Source: Snowella sp. (GTDB lineage Bacteria; Cyanobacteriota; Cyanobacteriia; Cyanobacteriales; Microcystaceae). Taken from it: a stretch of 64,000 nt of DNA. The position numbers were made by a program, and so were the translations under genes. Below the pieces are notes generated by a model that was not told where the DNA came from, searched no databases, and saw only the letters and a program-made list of their open reading frames with translations. Within the stretch, counting starts at the first letter, position 1. The number at the start of each line of letters is the position of its first letter. The stretch covers positions 111,849 to 175,848 of the forward strand of contig JAYKGY010000019.1 of assembly GCA_035285545.1 (NCBI GenBank), given 5' to 3'. Positions 31,193-41,287 of the stretch are shown one piece after another.

Positions 31193-31375
31193 TTAACGGC
31201 GGCGAGAACGCTGTCTTCTGCGGGTTGCTTCTTTCCGCTTCCGTTTTTCCTGGGGCGTTTCAAAGAACTGATGCTTCTTGAAATCTGTATAAATGCCAGC
31301 TTTGGCAACTTGACGCTTAAAGCGACGTAGCGCGGATTCAATGGGTTCATTTTGACCAACGACAACTTGAGTCAT
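31193..31375 (-). CDS. rpsU: 30S ribosomal protein S21
   Basis: [21 protein letters not shown]...FFETP; GGAGG RBS. Confidence 0.97.
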   Translation of the reverse strand: MTQVVVGQNEPIESALRRFKRQVAKAGIYTDFKKHQFFETPQEKRKRKEATRRRQRSRRR

Positions 31376-31632
31376 TCTTGAATTTTTAAACCTCCTATGA
31401 AAGTATGCGAGTCTAGGACTCATGACACCAAACTAAGACTAAGGGCTGTGTACCCATAGCCTATTCATCTTATCCTTTTTTGGCTGCCCAAGGTTAGTTG
31501 CTACAAAATTTTGATCGATACCAATAAATGTTTTACAGTCTGTCTTTTGACAAAAACTCAGAAATTACAGTAATTGTGAGGAAAATTCAGCTTAAGCCAG
31601 CACCGATTTAATCCCTCTGGAGTAACTTAACA

Positions 31633-32175
31633 TTACAAGGCCCAAAGGCTAATGATCGCCGCTAAGGCTGCCCCCAAAGTATCCATAATTAGATCCGTAA
31701 TGGTGTCATCTAGGCTTCCGATGACCTCTGTTGCTAGTATTTTTTCCGCCGACCATTCAGCGATTTCCCACAATGCCCCCATAGCAATGCCAAAACTGGT
31801 AATCGTTAAGAGATAGAGCCATTGGTGCTGTCGAAAGGTCGTAAGCATCACTTGATACACCAAAAATCCTAAAGCTAGCGTCAACGCAAAAGTGGTGAAC
31901 AGATGGGTGATTTCATCGTAGGGCCCTGCTAGGTAGAATAATCCCCAAACCCAGCCCCCCGCGTTGAGGAGTGCGGCTAAAACGAATAGAAAATCGAATA
32001 AAGTCGGTAGTTTATCATCTTGAACAATAAAAATGAAGGATGCAGCCAGAAAAAGAAAGAGTATTAGGGCATTTTGCCACTTTCCTTGGGTCATGGCCAG
32101 TAATACAGCGATCGCTAACAATGCTTGTCCTCCCCAGGCTGCTCGGCGATACCCTTTCCAATTTTTGTTTTGCAT
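31633..32175 (-). CDS. Integral membrane protein (DUF2238-like)
   Basis: Multiple TM segments with YDEITH, GALWEIAEW and DTITDLIMDTLGA motifs. Confidence 0.65.
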   Translation of the reverse strand: MQNKNWKGYRRAAWGGQALLAIAVLLAMTQGKWQNALILFLFLAASFIFIVQDDKLPTLFDFLFVLAALLNAGGWVWGLFYLAGPYDEITHLFTTFALTLALGFLVYQVMLTTFRQHQWLYLLTITSFGIAMGALWEIAEWSAEKILATEVIGSLDDTITDLIMDTLGAALAAIISLWAL

Positions 32176-32208
32176 CTTATTCTCCCATTCCTTCATAGAA
32201 TTTATTGG

Positions 32209-33495
32209 CTAAAAATTCTGATCAGGCGGTTCAAGAACATTGATATCCACTAAGGGGGTAAGGTTAAAGTTCGGCGATCGCAAACGAGTTTGAATGGCCT
32301 GCGTCAGGTGGGAACGAATTTCGGATGCAGGTAAACTAACCCCCTTTGCCCGTTGCACGTATACCACGCAGAGTAAGGTATTTTGACTGGACGGATTAGA
32401 TTGGGTAAAACGGAGATTGGCTTCTACGAGATCGGCCAACTGTTCTTGCTGAATAACTTCTTGAATTTCTGCATTCGCACGTTGGGCAAAACTAGCCCGT
32501 TCTCGTTCGGGAGGGGTCGCAAATTGCCAGCTTAATAATCCGATTAAGGCGATCGCGGTTACGGTTAACGTGAGCGGAAAAACCCCTTTTTGGCCTCGGC
32601 TGTAACGGCTCTCTCGAACAGATACTCCATACAAACGAAATATCAAGGCGGCTGAAATATTAATCCCAAAAAATTGCAGCAATAACAGAAAGAGTCCATT
32701 ACTCACCATCTCCCAGCGTCCAATGGCGATCGCCATCCCCACAATCCCCGCCGGTGGAGCTAAAGATGCGGCAACGAGCATTCCCGTAGCTGCGCCTGAA
32801 ACTAAACTACTCCGTTCAGATTGCGCCAGATTGATCGCGCCGGCAGCCCCTGCGGCTAAGGGCAATAACACTGCAACCGTTGAAATTTGGCTCCGTTCCA
32901 CAATAGACGTGGTAGCAATTTCTTGGTGCAAAATAAAACTGAGGATTCCAGTGATGAAAATTGTAACCCCCAGCGCCACAAAATAGCGCAAAATACTGCG
33001 CCCCAAGAGTGACCAATCGCCACGGGCTGTCGCGATCGCTGTGTTCATCGCAGGACTGGCAAAGGGAGCAATTAGCATCGCCGCCACTAACAAATAGCTG
33101 GTATCGGTATATAAACCAATCCAAACAACTACCCCTGCAACCGCCGCATAGGACAAAAACCCTGTCCAAGATCCGACACTTTGTAAACCGGAAAGAAAAA
33201 TTTCAATCGGGCTTCGTACCTGAACCTGTTTGACCTGTTTTGGGGCTTCATCTGCTGGCGGTCGTAAGGCAATCACCCCAGACGGAAATAGAGTCGTGTG
33301 GACGTTGGGGATATCTTGGAGTTTTTCCAAAAAATCTTCAACGGCTCGATTCGGCAAATGAATTGTCACCAAATCGATCTCATTTTCGTTGGATATTGCT
33401 TCAACCTGGGAGAGGTTCACGCCTTGATGAGCGATCGCCAAATCAAAAACTTTTTTGCCATCACTACGAGGCACTTGAATTATCAGTTGGCGCAT
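32209..33495 (-). CDS. DUF389 domain membrane protein
   Basis: MRQLIIQVP N-terminus; LVAAMLIAP and VAASLAPPA motifs. Confidence 0.8.
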   Translation of the reverse strand: MRQLIIQVPRSDGKKVFDLAIAHQGVNLSQVEAISNENEIDLVTIHLPNRAVEDFLEKLQDIPNVHTTLFPSGVIALRPPADEAPKQVKQVQVRSPIEIFLSGLQSVGSWTGFLSYAAVAGVVVWIGLYTDTSYLLVAAMLIAPFASPAMNTAIATARGDWSLLGRSILRYFVALGVTIFITGILSFILHQEIATTSIVERSQISTVAVLLPLAAGAAGAINLAQSERSSLVSGAATGMLVAASLAPPAGIVGMAIAIGRWEMVSNGLFLLLLQFFGINISAALIFRLYGVSVRESRYSRGQKGVFPLTLTVTAIALIGLLSWQFATPPERERASFAQRANAEIQEVIQQEQLADLVEANLRFTQSNPSSQNTLLCVVYVQRAKGVSLPASEIRSHLTQAIQTRLRSPNFNLTPLVDINVLEPPDQNF

Positions 33496-33643
33496 AGTAT
33501 TCAGTTTTCAATGATCAAACTCAAGTAAACTCAGCCTTTAGAGAACACGACAACACAGAACATCAGACAAAAGAGATTCTCCCCGCAGATTCATGGGCTG
33601 GAGTCAGAAAGTAAATTCTTTGGGGAGAAACAATCCCTGTCCG

Positions 33644-34384
33644 TTACCACAGACCCTGAATAGGTTCCCCTCCGGTGGTGGGTTGATTGTTAAAAGAGCC
33701 AGGGGCATTCATTTGGCTGGGGGGTTGATTATTCATCTGGTTGGGATAACGATTATTCGGATCATTGACTGTGTTATTGGGTTGGTTACTTTCATTGATT
33801 TGATCCGTCGTCATCGGGGCAGGCGCGTTGGGATCAACCCTTTCCGTGGTGGTATTGGGAACACGAACGGGGTTGCGATTGATTTGATTCTGGGGTACAT
33901 TCGTCGGATTGGTATTGTTAAATTGCGGGTCTGACGTGTTTGGTGTCGTGGTGTTGGGGGTCGTCGTGTTCGGCGTAGTGGTCTCTACCTCAATGCGGTC
34001 AATGGTAGTGTTGTTGTTCGGTTGCGGGGTAAACCGATCAGTGGTGGTATTGGGAACCCGAACGGGGTTGTTAACCCGATTAGACGGAACTGGCGAAACC
34101 ATTGGCTCATTGCCCGTCATAGGAGAGTTGGGATTGGTGACGTTATCATTCGTCGTGGGAGAGATGGTATTGCTTGGGGTACGGTTAGGGGAATTCGCTG
34201 AATCCTCATACAATTTTTGTAAATTAGAGGGAATGAATTTTTGAGCAATTAAGGTGTCATGGGTGGGGCGAGATGGGGCTTGAGTCACGAGATTATCGGA
34301 GGCATGGGAACGAAGGGGCATCATCATCGTCATACTCAAACCGACGGCGGGCCAGATAAGAAAATTCATACTTAAATTCTCCAT
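33644..34384 (-). CDS. Putative secreted, disordered Asn/Pro/Thr-rich protein
   Basis: Signal-like N-terminus (FLIWPAVGLSMTMMMPLRSHA); repeats TTPN and NPVRVPNTTT(D/E)R x2; C-terminus PIQGLW; start uncertain. Confidence 0.65.
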   Translation of the reverse strand: MENLSMNFLIWPAVGLSMTMMMPLRSHASDNLVTQAPSRPTHDTLIAQKFIPSNLQKLYEDSANSPNRTPSNTISPTTNDNVTNPNSPMTGNEPMVSPVPSNRVNNPVRVPNTTTDRFTPQPNNNTTIDRIEVETTTPNTTTPNTTTPNTSDPQFNNTNPTNVPQNQINRNPVRVPNTTTERVDPNAPAPMTTDQINESNQPNNTVNDPNNRYPNQMNNQPPSQMNAPGSFNNQPTTGGEPIQGLW

Positions 34385-34877
34385 TTTGTTCAAATTCGTA
34401 TTTTTATAAGCAGCTTGGAGAAAGTAAACTGGCTATTTCCGAAAAAAGTAACCCGTTCACTCCCGTTATTGAGCATTTATTGAGTAACTGATTGACCGCG
34501 ATCGCTGGTGTTTAGAATGTTTTTACAGCCAGCAGTCTTGTTACGGTACTCAGATTTTTCTAAGCATGACAGGCTAACGTTGAAAATCATGTATAGAAAA
34601 ATTTTTGAGTTGTATAATCTGAATCAATTCAATAATTTTTTTCGATTTTTGTAACAAATTGATCAGCAATTAAAAGTATTTATTGCTAATAAAACCGAAT
34701 GGCAAATAAACCCTACTTAGGATAGAGAAATCCTGCTGATCTTTTTATCTTTTATTGGAATAATTTTCTCAATCAATCTAAAAAAACAAAAATTTAAGGA
34801 GCAATCTCGAAAATAAGGAGAAATCGGTGAGAAATGGGCGCAGAGATACGCCCCCCTAAATGATGAGCATTGCATGG

Positions 34878-35489
34878 CTATAAACTCGGCTGATGCTCAC
34901 TCAGCTTATGACCTTTGCTCTTGAAAACCCGCTGGGCGTTTAAAACGTCCTCATTACTGCCGACAACAATGACTAAAAATTGCCCTTTGGCAACATAGGC
35001 TTCGTACAGCAGCGAATCCGCCTTATCAATCCCCAATTGTTCGTGTAAAAACCGACCTAATCCCCCTTCTTTATCGATATCTTGCCAGTTCAATAAACCC
35101 TGTTGGTAATGATTGGCAAGGATAGAAATGTTGGGTTGGGGTAAACCGGCTAAGCACAGATCCTGGACGACGGTTTCCGCACGGTTTTGATCGGGAAAAC
35201 AATCGACAATGGTATATTGGCTTTGCTGGTAAGCTTCAGGAGCCACAATATGATGATCCTGGGTTTCCACATACATTTCAGGTTCAACGGCGTAGTTATT
35301 GGTTAGCCCTTCCTTGTCAACGGTGTAGCCGGTATCGGTATGGAGGGTGGCAGATTCTTCTACGAGATGGCTGGGATGTTTATAGTCAGAACCTTCCCGT
35401 TCTTTTCGGGCGGCAGTTTCGGCGGGAATGATATGGGGATCGTAGGTATCGCTGGTTCCTGAATGGGAATGATGGGTTGAATGGGTCAT
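34878..35489 (-). CDS. Hypothetical stress-type protein (NNYAVEPEMY motif fused to a general-stress-like domain)
   Basis: IIPAETAARKEREG and GYTVDKEGLTNNYAVEPEMY, then F....AE..V..L...G....ISI ... YE..V.KG.FLVIV. Confidence 0.6.
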   Translation of the reverse strand: MTHSTHHSHSGTSDTYDPHIIPAETAARKEREGSDYKHPSHLVEESATLHTDTGYTVDKEGLTNNYAVEPEMYVETQDHHIVAPEAYQQSQYTIVDCFPDQNRAETVVQDLCLAGLPQPNISILANHYQQGLLNWQDIDKEGGLGRFLHEQLGIDKADSLLYEAYVAKGQFLVIVVGSNEDVLNAQRVFKSKGHKLSEHQPSL

Positions 35490-35671
35490 AATTAATGCAC
35501 TCTTAAAGGTTGAATCAAAAGCTTAAAAATGAACGCGATCGCAAAAAAAGAAACTTTTAAAAAATCGGAAAAAACATTTCTTAAAAACCATTACAGAAAA
35601 GTCTGCAACTAATTTTTAACCCTGACTGATTTGACTAATCCCATAATGATCAAAAAGACGAACTGAGCAAG

Positions 35672-36160
35672 TTATTCTAATAAGCTCCGTAACATCCAAG
35701 AACTTTTTTCGTGAATCTGCAATCGTTCCGTTAACAGATCAACCGTGGCATCATCCTGTTCTGCGATCGGTAAAATCGATTGAATCGTATGAACCACCGT
35801 TTCTTGGGCTTCTACCAGCAGACGAATCATTTCTTGAGCAGATGGAACACCAGGGGTTTCAGGAATAGAACTCAACCGCATGAATGCTTCATAGGTTCCA
35901 GGCGCGGGAAAACCCAAGCTTCTAATGCGTTCTGCAATCAGGTCAACGGCTTCAGCCAACTCTTGATACTGGGTTTCAAAGAGCATATGTAGGCTATAAA
36001 ACATTGCTCCTTTTACATTCCAATGAAAATTATGGGTTTTGAGATACAAGGTATAGGTATCAGCCAATAGGCGAGATAATCCGTCTGCAATTTGCTCTCG
36101 GTCTTGTTGGGTAATCCCAAAATTTACGGGCATCACCGCAGTATTTTGCTGATTAATCAT
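35672..36160 (-). CDS. dps: Dps family ferritin-like DNA protection protein
   Basis: LADTYTLYLKTHNFHWNV, D..AERIR and HEKSSWML motifs; start may be 36133. Confidence 0.95.
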   Translation of the reverse strand: MINQQNTAVMPVNFGITQQDREQIADGLSRLLADTYTLYLKTHNFHWNVKGAMFYSLHMLFETQYQELAEAVDLIAERIRSLGFPAPGTYEAFMRLSSIPETPGVPSAQEMIRLLVEAQETVVHTIQSILPIAEQDDATVDLLTERLQIHEKSSWMLRSLLE

Positions 36161-36367
36161 AAGCTTATGTAGATAACGTCTAATCAATTTTTAGGAACTG
36201 TTTAAACCTAGCTCAATGATGTTTGATCTGCTGTTTGGCAATGAAGTTTTATTGTATAAATTGTCTTAAAATGTAGTAACCTTTAATCAGATTAATGAAA
36301 TTCATTCGACACGAAATTACCTTTTTTCTGATTATCATAAAACGGGGATAACATTTTCTCCAACCGA

Positions 36368-37120
36368 TTAATCCGTTGAGTCCGCTGAGGTTAACGGGGC
36401 TGGCACCACAATATAGCCAGAAGCGCGATCGCCGAGTACCCAATTTCTGTCGGTTCCCCAGTACCACCAATAGGCTCCGATATAGGCACAAATGAGACTA
36501 TCAAGCTGATCTTCAATGGCTTTCAGTTTTTTCCCAGTCAGAGAAGCCGGCAGAGTGAGCAGGGACAAATCGGTAAGATCTAAAGCGGGAACGAGATTAG
36601 GCAAGGTCGTTTGGATATAAAACTGTAATTTTTCCAATCCGGCCCGTTTTTCTGCTAATTTTCCTTTTTTGTATTTGATAATGCCGGATAGCTGGAAGAG
36701 ATGAACCATTGCAGGATGGGGAAAAACTTCAATTTGATAGCGTCCTGGCTGTTGGGGAATAAGGGTGGGAGCATGGTGAAAAGCCCTCGCTTCTAAGCGC
36801 AGACCAAATTCGACGGTACGTTCGGCAAAGGGACGACCGAGATTCGCTGGATAACAGCCGGCATGGTAACGGCCAAAGTATTGATGGGTGAGGCGATCCG
36901 GTAAGCGGGTTCCGGTGGCATTGGGAATTAACGTGGGGGCATCCACTGCAATCAGAGCAGCCTCATGCTGGCTCACCTGAGCATCAATCCAATCCAAAAT
37001 TTCCTCTAACGTTAGTCTGCGGGTGATGTCTATGAGTCGCAATCGAGACTGTTCCAACTGCAAGCAACATAAGCCACTTTCTCCAGTTCGCCAACCTAAA
37101 TCTACACCAATAAATTTCAT
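36368..37120 (-). CDS. DUF429 domain protein (RNase H-like fold)
   Basis: FIGVDLGW, AVDAP, IEVFPH and EDQLDSLICA motifs. Confidence 0.85.
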   Translation of the reverse strand: MKFIGVDLGWRTGESGLCCLQLEQSRLRLIDITRRLTLEEILDWIDAQVSQHEAALIAVDAPTLIPNATGTRLPDRLTHQYFGRYHAGCYPANLGRPFAERTVEFGLRLEARAFHHAPTLIPQQPGRYQIEVFPHPAMVHLFQLSGIIKYKKGKLAEKRAGLEKLQFYIQTTLPNLVPALDLTDLSLLTLPASLTGKKLKAIEDQLDSLICAYIGAYWWYWGTDRNWVLGDRASGYIVVPAPLTSADSTD

Positions 37121-37136
37121 CTTTAATTTTTCTGAT

Positions 37137-39578
37137 TTAAGGGGTTTGAGCAATGGGTTTAGGCGATTCTAAGGCAGTTTGGGGGTAAACAATGCGTTGG
37201 TGATGGAATTGTTGCCAAACTCGCACAAAAACATCGGCAATGATAGGGAGTTCTTCGTACTTTAAGCCGCTATCTTTGAGTTGCTCATCCCGCCATCGGG
37301 CTTTAAAAATGCGGTTGATCATGATGAGGGCTGCTTCGGGGGTTGCATTTTTTAGCGATCGCAGAGCCGCTTCTGAACTATCGGCTAACATGACAATGCC
37401 AGTCTCCCGTGACTGGGGAATGGGCCCATCGTAACGAAAGAGGGACTCATCCGCGATCGCGGTTCCTTCTTTTTCTGCTAATTCTTTGGCTTGGTGATAG
37501 AAATAGGAAATCAACAAAGTGCCTTGGTGTTCCGGAATAAAATCGCGCACCACCTGGGGTAAACCGTAGCGACGGGCCATTTCCGTCCCTTCTGAGACGT
37601 GCTTTTTAATAATTTCGACGCTGATATAGGGGTCTTGAATCTGATCGTGCTTATTGGGGCCGCCCATCTGATTTTCAATAAATCCCAAGGGATCGTGCAT
37701 TTTACCAATGTCGTGATAGAGGGTTCCTGTCCTCACCAATTCCACATTACAGCGCAATTCCCGTGCCGCAGCTTCCGCTAAACAAGCCACAAACAAGGTA
37801 TGCTGAAATGTCCCAGGTGCTTCCGTCGTTAGGCGTTTTAATAAGGGACAGTTAGGATTGGCCAGTTCCACCAAGCGAATGGGGGTCACGACATCAAAAA
37901 ATCGCTCTAAATAGGGAGAAATGCCAATGGCGACAATACACCAGGCCATCCCCAAGAGACCATAAATCACCGCCCCCGGTAACACCGCATACCAGATGGA
38001 AGTGGCTGTGGTACTGAGAATTAAATAGGTGACGAGATACACACCGCCCTGCAATCCCCCCACACCTGCCCCCAATAGGGCTAAATCATCCCGCGATCGC
38101 AGACGACCCGCAATCAAACCCGCCATCACCCCACTCGCAATTCCAGCTAGGGTATATTCCCAATTAATATTATTGGTCGCAAAGGTGGAAAGTCCGCCTA
38201 CCAACAACACCTGGGACACCGCTAAGGTCGGCCCATAAAAACTACTCACCAGCAATCCAACGGCGGGTAAACTCGCGTAGCGGGGATGGAGCAAAGCCAT
38301 AGCCGGCACACTCAAGCTCAACAAACAGAGCAAAATATGATCCCGACGACGCAACGGTCGATAGACCCGCTGAGCAATACTGGAAAAAATTAAGACCGCG
38401 CCTGCGGCTAAACCGGCTGAAATCCCTAACCCTGTCCAATTGGTTTCCCGTTGACTTAATCCCAGCCCATCTAAGACCACAAACTGCCGTTGCTCAATGG
38501 GTTGACCAGCTTTAACAATAATTTCTCCCCGTTTAATGGAAATCACAACGGGTTCGATGGATTGGGCCGCTTGCTCTGCGTAACGCTTGGTTTCTTCTTT
38601 ATCAATGGTTAAATTGTGATTATCGCTTAATAACGCCAATAAGATTCCTTGAGCAATTTTTTGGGCGATCGCCGGTAAGCTAGTTGGTAATTGCAGTTGC
38701 AGGGTTTCTTCTAAAAGGTTTTGGGAAATGCCTGGCGGGAGACCTTGGATTAAAATTCTGTTAAAAGTCTGGTTAATCGCCTGTTGGGTAGCCTTCCAAC
38801 TCCCATTATCCAATTGCAGAGCCTCAATAATAATATCTGGAGAAAGATGCTCCAAATGAATGAGAGCCAATTGCGCTAAAACTTGAGCATAACCTTGACG
38901 AGCCGTTTTAACTTTTGCAATTAAGTTATTTAATTCCCCTGGTGAAAGCGTTTTAATTTTTACCCGTAGGGTTTGACTAATTTGTGCTAACTCAGGAGAA
39001 GGAGGGGTGGATGAGGGTCGAGATTGGAGGACATTGAGAAGATATTGCCACTCTTCATCGGAGCAACTCCGAAGATATTGTTGGCCCGTCAGACTTAAGA
39101 TTTTGGGGTCAATAAACGGAAACGGCTGACTAATCGCCCTTAGCTGATTAATTTGTGCTAATAAATCACTGCGATTTTGTTCTAACTGCTGAGTGAGCTT
39201 TGCATCTCGTTTCAGTCGAGGAACAATCCCCGCTCGAACCTCCTTACGTTTATCTTCTGTCGTTTTTTCATCTAAAAATTGAGCATCCTTGGGAGCGGTA
39301 ATCGTTGTCGGAGAGAGACTGCCAACCGATAATTGGGGTTGATTGTAGAAGCGATAACCGATGACTCCTGTTAAGGAAACCACAGCGATGCCAAACATGA
39401 CAGGAGAATGGATTTTGCGGATGCGGCGAGAACAACAAATTTTATGTAAAATACCGGGGCAACGGGGCGTTTTCTGAGGCGGCAACAACGAAAAAGAGAG
39501 TGGTTCTTTTGTCCATTTATCGTGGGAACTACGCCACCAGTCCTGTAGAGATTGATTGAAATTCTGAAACGGTTTCAT
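37137..39578 (-). CDS. 7TM-HD phosphohydrolase (PgpH-like, putative c-di-AMP phosphodiesterase)
   Basis: Extracellular domain, multi-TM region, APGTFQH, YHDIGK, HQGT, YDGPIPQSRE and MLADS motifs. Confidence 0.85.
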   Translation of the reverse strand: MKPFQNFNQSLQDWWRSSHDKWTKEPLSFSLLPPQKTPRCPGILHKICCSRRIRKIHSPVMFGIAVVSLTGVIGYRFYNQPQLSVGSLSPTTITAPKDAQFLDEKTTEDKRKEVRAGIVPRLKRDAKLTQQLEQNRSDLLAQINQLRAISQPFPFIDPKILSLTGQQYLRSCSDEEWQYLLNVLQSRPSSTPPSPELAQISQTLRVKIKTLSPGELNNLIAKVKTARQGYAQVLAQLALIHLEHLSPDIIIEALQLDNGSWKATQQAINQTFNRILIQGLPPGISQNLLEETLQLQLPTSLPAIAQKIAQGILLALLSDNHNLTIDKEETKRYAEQAAQSIEPVVISIKRGEIIVKAGQPIEQRQFVVLDGLGLSQRETNWTGLGISAGLAAGAVLIFSSIAQRVYRPLRRRDHILLCLLSLSVPAMALLHPRYASLPAVGLLVSSFYGPTLAVSQVLLVGGLSTFATNNINWEYTLAGIASGVMAGLIAGRLRSRDDLALLGAGVGGLQGGVYLVTYLILSTTATSIWYAVLPGAVIYGLLGMAWCIVAIGISPYLERFFDVVTPIRLVELANPNCPLLKRLTTEAPGTFQHTLFVACLAEAAARELRCNVELVRTGTLYHDIGKMHDPLGFIENQMGGPNKHDQIQDPYISVEIIKKHVSEGTEMARRYGLPQVVRDFIPEHQGTLLISYFYHQAKELAEKEGTAIADESLFRYDGPIPQSRETGIVMLADSSEAALRSLKNATPEAALIMINRIFKARWRDEQLKDSGLKYEELPIIADVFVRVWQQFHHQRIVYPQTALESPKPIAQTP

Positions 39579-39910
39579 CGGGAGATGGGGGTAAACATAG
39601 TTAAAAACCGATCACTTGATTCAAGAAAAAAGGGGGTGACTCACAATCAGAATTAAGCTTTATTCTGTAACGAAAGGGGCCCTTTGGCAAAAAGATTCGG
39701 GTTTTAATGATTGAATTAATCCCCTGGTGCTGAACATGACCTGAAATTTTAATGATGCTTTTATTGCACCATGACACTCATCACACTTCCTCAATTACTC
39801 TAACAAGAGGCGAGGAAATTTTCCAAGGATCTTTTCCCCACCGCTTTACGTTTCTTAAACTCTCGACCGACATCCTGCTTCAGACGGATTTTGTTTTTTA
39901 TCATCAGGAT

Positions 39911-40753
39911 TCAAGGGAAATACTGAGATTGGGAAATGAGGGGAGGATGGGAGCGACGTTGAATGACACGGGGAGAGGCCAGTAGCGTTGCAGATAGACT
40001 GGAGGGGGGCGCGAGGCTTCCAGACCAGCGTTGCCAAAACCCATCACAAATTTCTGACAGTTGAGCAGGGGAAAGGAGGGTTTCAATGGTGAGTCGCCAA
40101 GTTAGGGGAATGCCGATTAAACCGTGATAGGCTCCGGCTAAGGCTCCTGTAAAGGGTAAAACCAGCGAATGGGGGCATTGACTCGCTCGTTTCAGGCTTA
40201 AAACGAAATTAGTGGGGGTGTCGATGAAGCAATAAAGTGAGAGGGCGATCGCCGAAGAGAGAGAACCATCATTGACGGATTGAATCACGTCAGACAAAGG
40301 AAGGCGTTGGTGAATAGCCTGCATAGTCACGGATAGCGGCGTAACCGACGAGGAGACTGGAATCGATGGGAAAAAATCGGGTTCAGGATAAAACCGTTCT
40401 CGCAAGATCGCCGTTAAAATTTGGCTCCAGGTTTGTAGCGCGAAAGTATCTGCTAGGGACAGCCATCCCTTATCCATTAAGGATTGTAACAAGTCTGATC
40501 GGGCAGCCGGATAGTCATGCCAAAAGAGGGCGAGAGGAATCCAGCAGAGGAGTGCGGAAGACTTATCAGGGTTTTTACGGGCGATCGCGTCCCACTGTTC
40601 CTCGGAAATCGGGCCTGTCTGGCCGAGAGTTTGAGTGATTTCAAGTAGGCTATTACGGTTGAGCGGGGTAGCGGGATGGTCATCTTGTGGATTTAAATTG
40701 AGTAAACTCCCATAGAGGCTCCCCTTCAATCGATTAAATAACGATAAATTCAT
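39911..40753 (-). CDS. Divergent ADP-ribosylglycohydrolase family protein
   Basis: RLKGSLYG N-terminus and TGALAGAYHGLIGIP..W C-terminal motif; canonical acidic motifs not evident. Confidence 0.65.
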   Translation of the reverse strand: MNLSLFNRLKGSLYGSLLNLNPQDDHPATPLNRNSLLEITQTLGQTGPISEEQWDAIARKNPDKSSALLCWIPLALFWHDYPAARSDLLQSLMDKGWLSLADTFALQTWSQILTAILRERFYPEPDFFPSIPVSSSVTPLSVTMQAIHQRLPLSDVIQSVNDGSLSSAIALSLYCFIDTPTNFVLSLKRASQCPHSLVLPFTGALAGAYHGLIGIPLTWRLTIETLLSPAQLSEICDGFWQRWSGSLAPPSSLSATLLASPRVIQRRSHPPLISQSQYFP

Positions 40754-40980
40754 GAATTTTGATGAAGCTGAATAGTTTGATCGCGAGGGATAGCAAGGCA
40801 AGACGGTCATTCCCGAAAATTAGAGAGAAAGGCTTGCTCCGTAGATGAAAAAAACATCCCCGTATTTACACGAGATCGATCCAGAGAAGGTTGATAGATT
40901 CCGTAATTCTTCTCAGGGTAGGCCTTCCGTAATAACGATAGGCTTTAACTACAAAAGTTTAGAGCAGGGAGCAAAAGTGT

Positions 40981-41181
40981 ATGAATAACTATGATTCTAA
41001 AGCCTATGAAAACACCTTTAAAGATGCTCGTTTTTGGGATGGTTTAAGAACGGAGTCTCCCCTCGGCAATCGGAAACTGTGGATGGAATGCCGTTGCTTA
41101 ACGGATTCTTTTTATGATGAGTTGGTGATTCGGGGCTACTTAATCCCTTTTCCGAAGTCTTCTGACCAACCTTTTTTGTAA
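40981..41181 (+). CDS. Small hypothetical protein (66 aa)
   Basis: ATG start with upstream AGGGAG; fills an intergenic gap. Confidence 0.5.
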   Translation: MNNYDSKAYENTFKDARFWDGLRTESPLGNRKLWMECRCLTDSFYDELVIRGYLIPFPKSSDQPFL

Positions 41182-41287
41182 GTTTGTGAGCCGAGATCGC
41201 GATCGCTATTCCTCAAAAATCCAGCATGAACTCACCCAAAGCCAATAGAGCGCAGCTAAAATTGATTAAATTTAAAACTGCCGAATT

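Noticed and set aside
33593..34244. Plus-strand ORFs 33593-33934 and 33909-34244
   Set aside because: Antisense shadows of the low-complexity N/T/P-rich gene
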